From Raillietiella orientalis (Eukaryota): a stretch of DNA of 64,000 nucleotides. Of the stretch, positions 59,935 through 64,000 are shown piece by piece (positions within the stretch are counted from its first letter, which is position 1; each line of letters begins with the position of its first letter). The DNA lies in assembly GCA_036172245.1 (NCBI GenBank), contig JAYWIR010000026.1, forward strand, positions 1,426,001-1,490,000, given 5' to 3'. The position numbers and the translations under genes were made by a program. The notes under the pieces are model-generated. The model had not been told where the DNA came from. It made no database searches and was given only the letters and a program-made list of their open reading frames with translations.

Positions 59935-61330
59935 AGGTGCGCCGGGGCGTTTATTCTTTCGAATAAAACATTTGGAGAATCTGTGGCTGAACCAGTGGTC
60001 CAGCCACGCCCTAGATGTACAAAGCCTGCCGGGTCACCGATTCGCAAACCGGTGCGGTCCACCTCAGCAGCAGAGGGGAGCGGGGTATAAACAAAAACAA
60101 AAAAAAAGTCAAAAATAAATAAAAGAACTAAGGAGGGCTCGGGAAGGGATCACAGTCTGCTGGGGGTCCGTCACATCCTCTCGAGGATGCCGGCAAGCTC
60201 TTCCTGAATGTTGACTTCCAGGTGGGGCCATCGCGTTGCTATCTTGATGAATAGGATGGCGAAGTGGGTGGCATCCCTGTCGCTGGGTCCTCCTGTTGCT
60301 TTACTCCAGGCTGCGACGATCCCGCGTAGACAGCACAAGGCTGCAAGGGAGGCCACTGGCCGAAGCGCGTCGCGAACGAAGAGGGATTGTATAACGTCCC
60401 TGGAGTTGCCTCCGGGGGTTCCCAGGGTCGCAACAAAGAGTTCCTACAGGGGTCGGAGGGCAACACAGTCCACTAACAGGTGGGGAGGTATCATGTTTCC
60501 TCCCGTATCTAACACAATTGGGGTCGACACTCCCCCGCGTCCAGTGGTGACGGCGGGCGTTGCACGGGAGACCCCAGTGCAGCACAAACAGCGCCGACTG
60601 CTGCTACTTCATGGGGAGGGTGCACGCGTCCATCAGCACTGGGGGCCACTTCAGGTGTTCCACCGGAAAAACCAGCAGTTCGCCCCAGCGCAAGAGTCCA
60701 TGTGGAGTGGTACTCGGGGTGGCAGCGTTGGTGAACTGACCCGTTTTCCATTCCCCGATCTTCTTCTCCGTCCCGGAGATTTTAACAAAAACCTTCCATT
60801 TTGCCGCGCTGTCGCTGCGCAGATGTTCCCCGAGGGAGGACAACGCCACAGCAAGGGAAGTTCTACCTGCCCACGCGCTTTTTCGGGGATCTTCCAGGAT
60901 CTCTCGGAGCATGCAGTTGTTGTGCTGCGCGAACAGGAATCTTAGCATCTGTTTCGCGCGTCGCTCGTGGATCCTCGTCCACAGGCGAACGGTATCCTGG
61001 AGACAGACAGTACCGTTCGCGGGGCGGATGGAGATCCATCCCGGGTTGATCCTCATGAGTTTGACCGCCCTCCGAAACTGCAGTCCGCAGTGGCAGATGG
61101 GGCTTCGGAGTGCAAGGCAAGATGAAAGTCCCGCGTTGCCGGTGACCTGCTCGACGAGGAGGCGTGCAGAGCCGCACCAGGTGGTGCTCCAACTCTTCGC
61201 CATGAGGGCAGTTATCCGGAACTCGAGCTGACGCTCCAGCCACTCCAGCGTCAGGAGCCCGAGACCGCCGTCCCGACGTGGAGCGCACAAGTCCGCAAGC
61301 CGGACTCGGGGCCTCCGAGTCCCGGGACCA
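59935..61330 (-). mobile_element. 5'-truncated copy (E) of the L1/Tx1-type LINE family (post-RT ORF2 + 3' UTR)
   Basis: RVRLADLCAPRRDGGLGLLTLEWLERQLEFR..., LHWGLPCNARRHHWTRGSVDPNC and LAALCCLRGIVAAWS... are homologous to 39300-40430. It ends GAATAAACGCCCCGGCG. Confidence 0.9.
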
Positions 61331-64000
61331 CCGAGAACTCTGTGAATTCTTACGGAGCCTTCGCCAGAGGGGAAGAGGCTGTTACATCTTCTGAAGAATT
61401 TTGCAACTCCGAATGTGTCTGTATGTAAACGTATGTGTGCTTTGTTTTTTTTTTTTTGGTTAACGCTCGCTTTATAGAGGCATCCCAGCATCCCAGAAAA
61501 AGACCCAGGAAAAGACAACGGCGGCGCCATTGAATCGAAGTACAAAAGATTTTCTGGAGATCTGTTTTCGCTGCTTGACGGAGTCATGAGCCTGCAGATG
61601 CTGTCTCGAGGAAAGCGCACGCGACCGAGGATCGAATGCAACTCTTCAGCTACAGCTGTGCTCTGTAGACGGGTATCCAGGAAGCTCGAAAATCATCCGG
61701 AAGCTGACCCGGAAAGTGATCCAAAAAAGGGAAAATGTATTCTAGGAGTGGAACGCGAATACCGGAAGTTCGAATGCCAGGAGAGAGAATTCAAACTCGC
61801 ACAGATCAGCTCTTCCTTGCGGGCGGATGGAATGAATAAGTCAGAAATAAAGTCGGAAGATGGAGAGAGAATCCCCTGGCATTCACCTCAGCCAATACAG
61901 GAACTCGCAGCAGAAGAAATCGGTGATCCCACCCGAGGCATCGCGGACAGCTGGGGGAAAGGAAGCTGGAGCGAGGCATCTTTCGTGCTTCACGAACAGA
62001 TGGCACAAGGTGACTTTGCGTCCTCTTTGGCAAGCCGTCGAAAAGAGGAGGGAAACTTCAAAGGACGCAAGAGGTTTCACTCTCCAAGAAAGGAATGGGA
62101 TGCTCTAGCGGCACCACTGACGAACGTTCCTCTTCTGTGACTGCGGAAATTCCCGGATGTGAGAAGAGGCGGACACAGGCACGTGGCGGAAGTGGTAAAG
62201 CAAGTCGACTACCGCTACATCGTGGTTCCCTGCGAAGAGTTTTTTCCTTGTCTGTTCCCTCAAGAGCGATTACGAGGGGGAAGCAGGAAGTGGAAAGATC
62301 TGTTTGGGTGCAGGAAAGAGTTTCAGAGAGGGAGGACCCAATGCTCTTTTTTTGCACTGTCACACGGTATGCAACGTGTCCATTGAGCAGTGGCACAAGG
62401 AGAAAGGAGTGGATCAAGCCGGAAGACTTGCCCAGGGTCTTGAGATTCTCAGAAAGAGACGATTGCAGCTTTCGAACACGGTTCAGGTTGGAAGCAAGGT
62501 TTCCAACGTGATGCCAGTAGCAGTTCCACGTGTCAAAGGGCCGCAGTTGATCTTCCGAAACTCGAGAATCTTGAGCTAAGCAATAAGCACTGTCATCGTT
62601 AGTGGACTCTGACCTCTGGAACGTTTCCACGGCAGTTGGGCTACGTCCCCGAATGAGAAATCGATACAGATCTCAGCCTGTTCTACTCAGGGAATGCAGG
62701 TAGAGCTTCTTCCTTCCAGGAGTCTTGAAAAATGGCACAGAATTCGAGGGAATGGCTCAAATCGTTTGCTCTGCCACGACAGTCCTGGATGACAATCATT
62801 AACAAAGAGTACCGCAGTCATCTGCTTATTGTCCTCTGCGTCCCAGCACATACCTTTTTTTGGAAGAAGGAATTCAGAAACATGGTATGGAATGGAAGAA
62901 AACAAGAACCGGGTTGCCCCAGGAACCCAAATATTCCAGCCAAGACCGGAAATTCTATGGAAAGAGTGTATACGAACGCGCTTGCGGAGGTTCCGGAAAG
63001 CTCCGATTCCATGGATCCCTCACAGATGGCAGCGTCGGGATCTGCACTCCCGGGACATCTCTTAGGAATGAAAGGCATTTCGGCGTTTCAGTCTGCGTGC
63101 AGTCGTTGCGATATCTTTGCCAGGCAGTTTCCGAATTCGGTGTGGGGACCACCCAGAGACCTTCCGAGCGCATCAGAAGATGGCGGGTTCCGTAGTTTTC
63201 GCGTAGAGATGTGAGAGCGTCACCCATGCATGCGTGCCTGGCCGTTCCCTTTAGCGTTTCTGACTCTCGGTGGACTCCTATGATTTAAGATTCGATCGTA
63301 AGGCGCGCGCGCATTCTCGCCAATGGGCGATGTCCCTGCATGCGCTCCTACACGCATAAATCGAGGCAGAAAAGTTGAGTAGCATGAATCCAAGAAGCAT
63401 AAATCGTGTAGAGAGAAAGAGAGAGAGAGAGAGAGAGAACGAGAGGAGGGGAGGGGGGGATGAACCACGAAAAAAATGACGAAATTATGTGATTCCGGTG
63501 CACAGCAACATTTCCACTTATCTGAGAGAAAACATCTCCGTGGATTTTCACGGATTTCTCAGAGGTGATTCGCTAGAGAGCCGCGCTTCGCCATTCCATC
63601 TCCCCGAACCATCACAAGCGCAGCGCAGAATCTCCTCGCTTCCTCTAAAACAGCACTTGCATTTTCGCCTGCGGCTCCACCTACTCCGATCCAAGCTCAG
63701 GAAACTGACCCATCCTTCAGCAGCTTCAGCAAGGTCAGCAAACCGTCCCTGGTTAAATGGATCCGGCTCTGCCCCGGACGCGCCGAGGATGGGCGGTCGG
63801 TGGGGCCGCAGAGCTTCAGGCCTGCCAGCGACTTGCCTGAAATCCAGGAACTCTCCACTCAAGGCCAGAAGTCGAAGCGACGCCTGAACTGGAGAGTGGG
63901 TGGGAGCAGGGCGCAGCCCACGTCGTATCGGAATGACACATCACTTGCAGCCAGCGAGAAAGCACCTGTGGACCGGGTTCCGTTTCAGCCTCATCACGAT

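Noticed and set aside
61586..63214. Moderate-GC ORFs with a faint BAH-like echo (VVPCEEF...LFFC...Y)
   Set aside because: They are fragmented across frames and the similarity is too weak to call.
1..64000. Prokaryotic systems (CRISPR array, retron, DGR, operons) suggested by the RT plus repeats
   Set aside because: Spliceosomal introns and metazoan genes show the DNA is eukaryotic. The RT has LINE motifs and no regularly spaced repeats were seen.

Overview
Eukaryotic genomic DNA, most likely an arthropod (inferred from the Flower C-terminus and a DM4/DM12-like gene). The window is a sharp compositional mosaic. An AT-rich block (~8-28 kb) carries three intact, phase-consistent genes with mostly 40-55-nt introns: Flower/CACFD1, GCLM and the meiotic E3 ligase HEI10/CCNB1IP1. 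It also holds several decayed exon-like remnants. GC-rich blocks (1-8 kb and ~30-64 kb) are packed with decayed non-LTR retrotransposons and contain one intact 3-exon gene for a ~584-aa secreted/membrane DM4/DM12-like protein. The most unusual signal is an L1/Tx1-type LINE family present in five copies whose 3' ends lack a poly(A) tail. Each instead carries a conserved, partly covarying four-part RNA structure: a three-way junction with a possible pseudoknot, a GC hairpin, a hairpin that sequesters AATAAA, and a terminal CCCGG-n5/6-CCGGG hairpin. One copy inserted into the KAFD motif of a sister element's reverse transcriptase with a perfect 17-bp target-site duplication. All calls were made by eye; no database searches were run.
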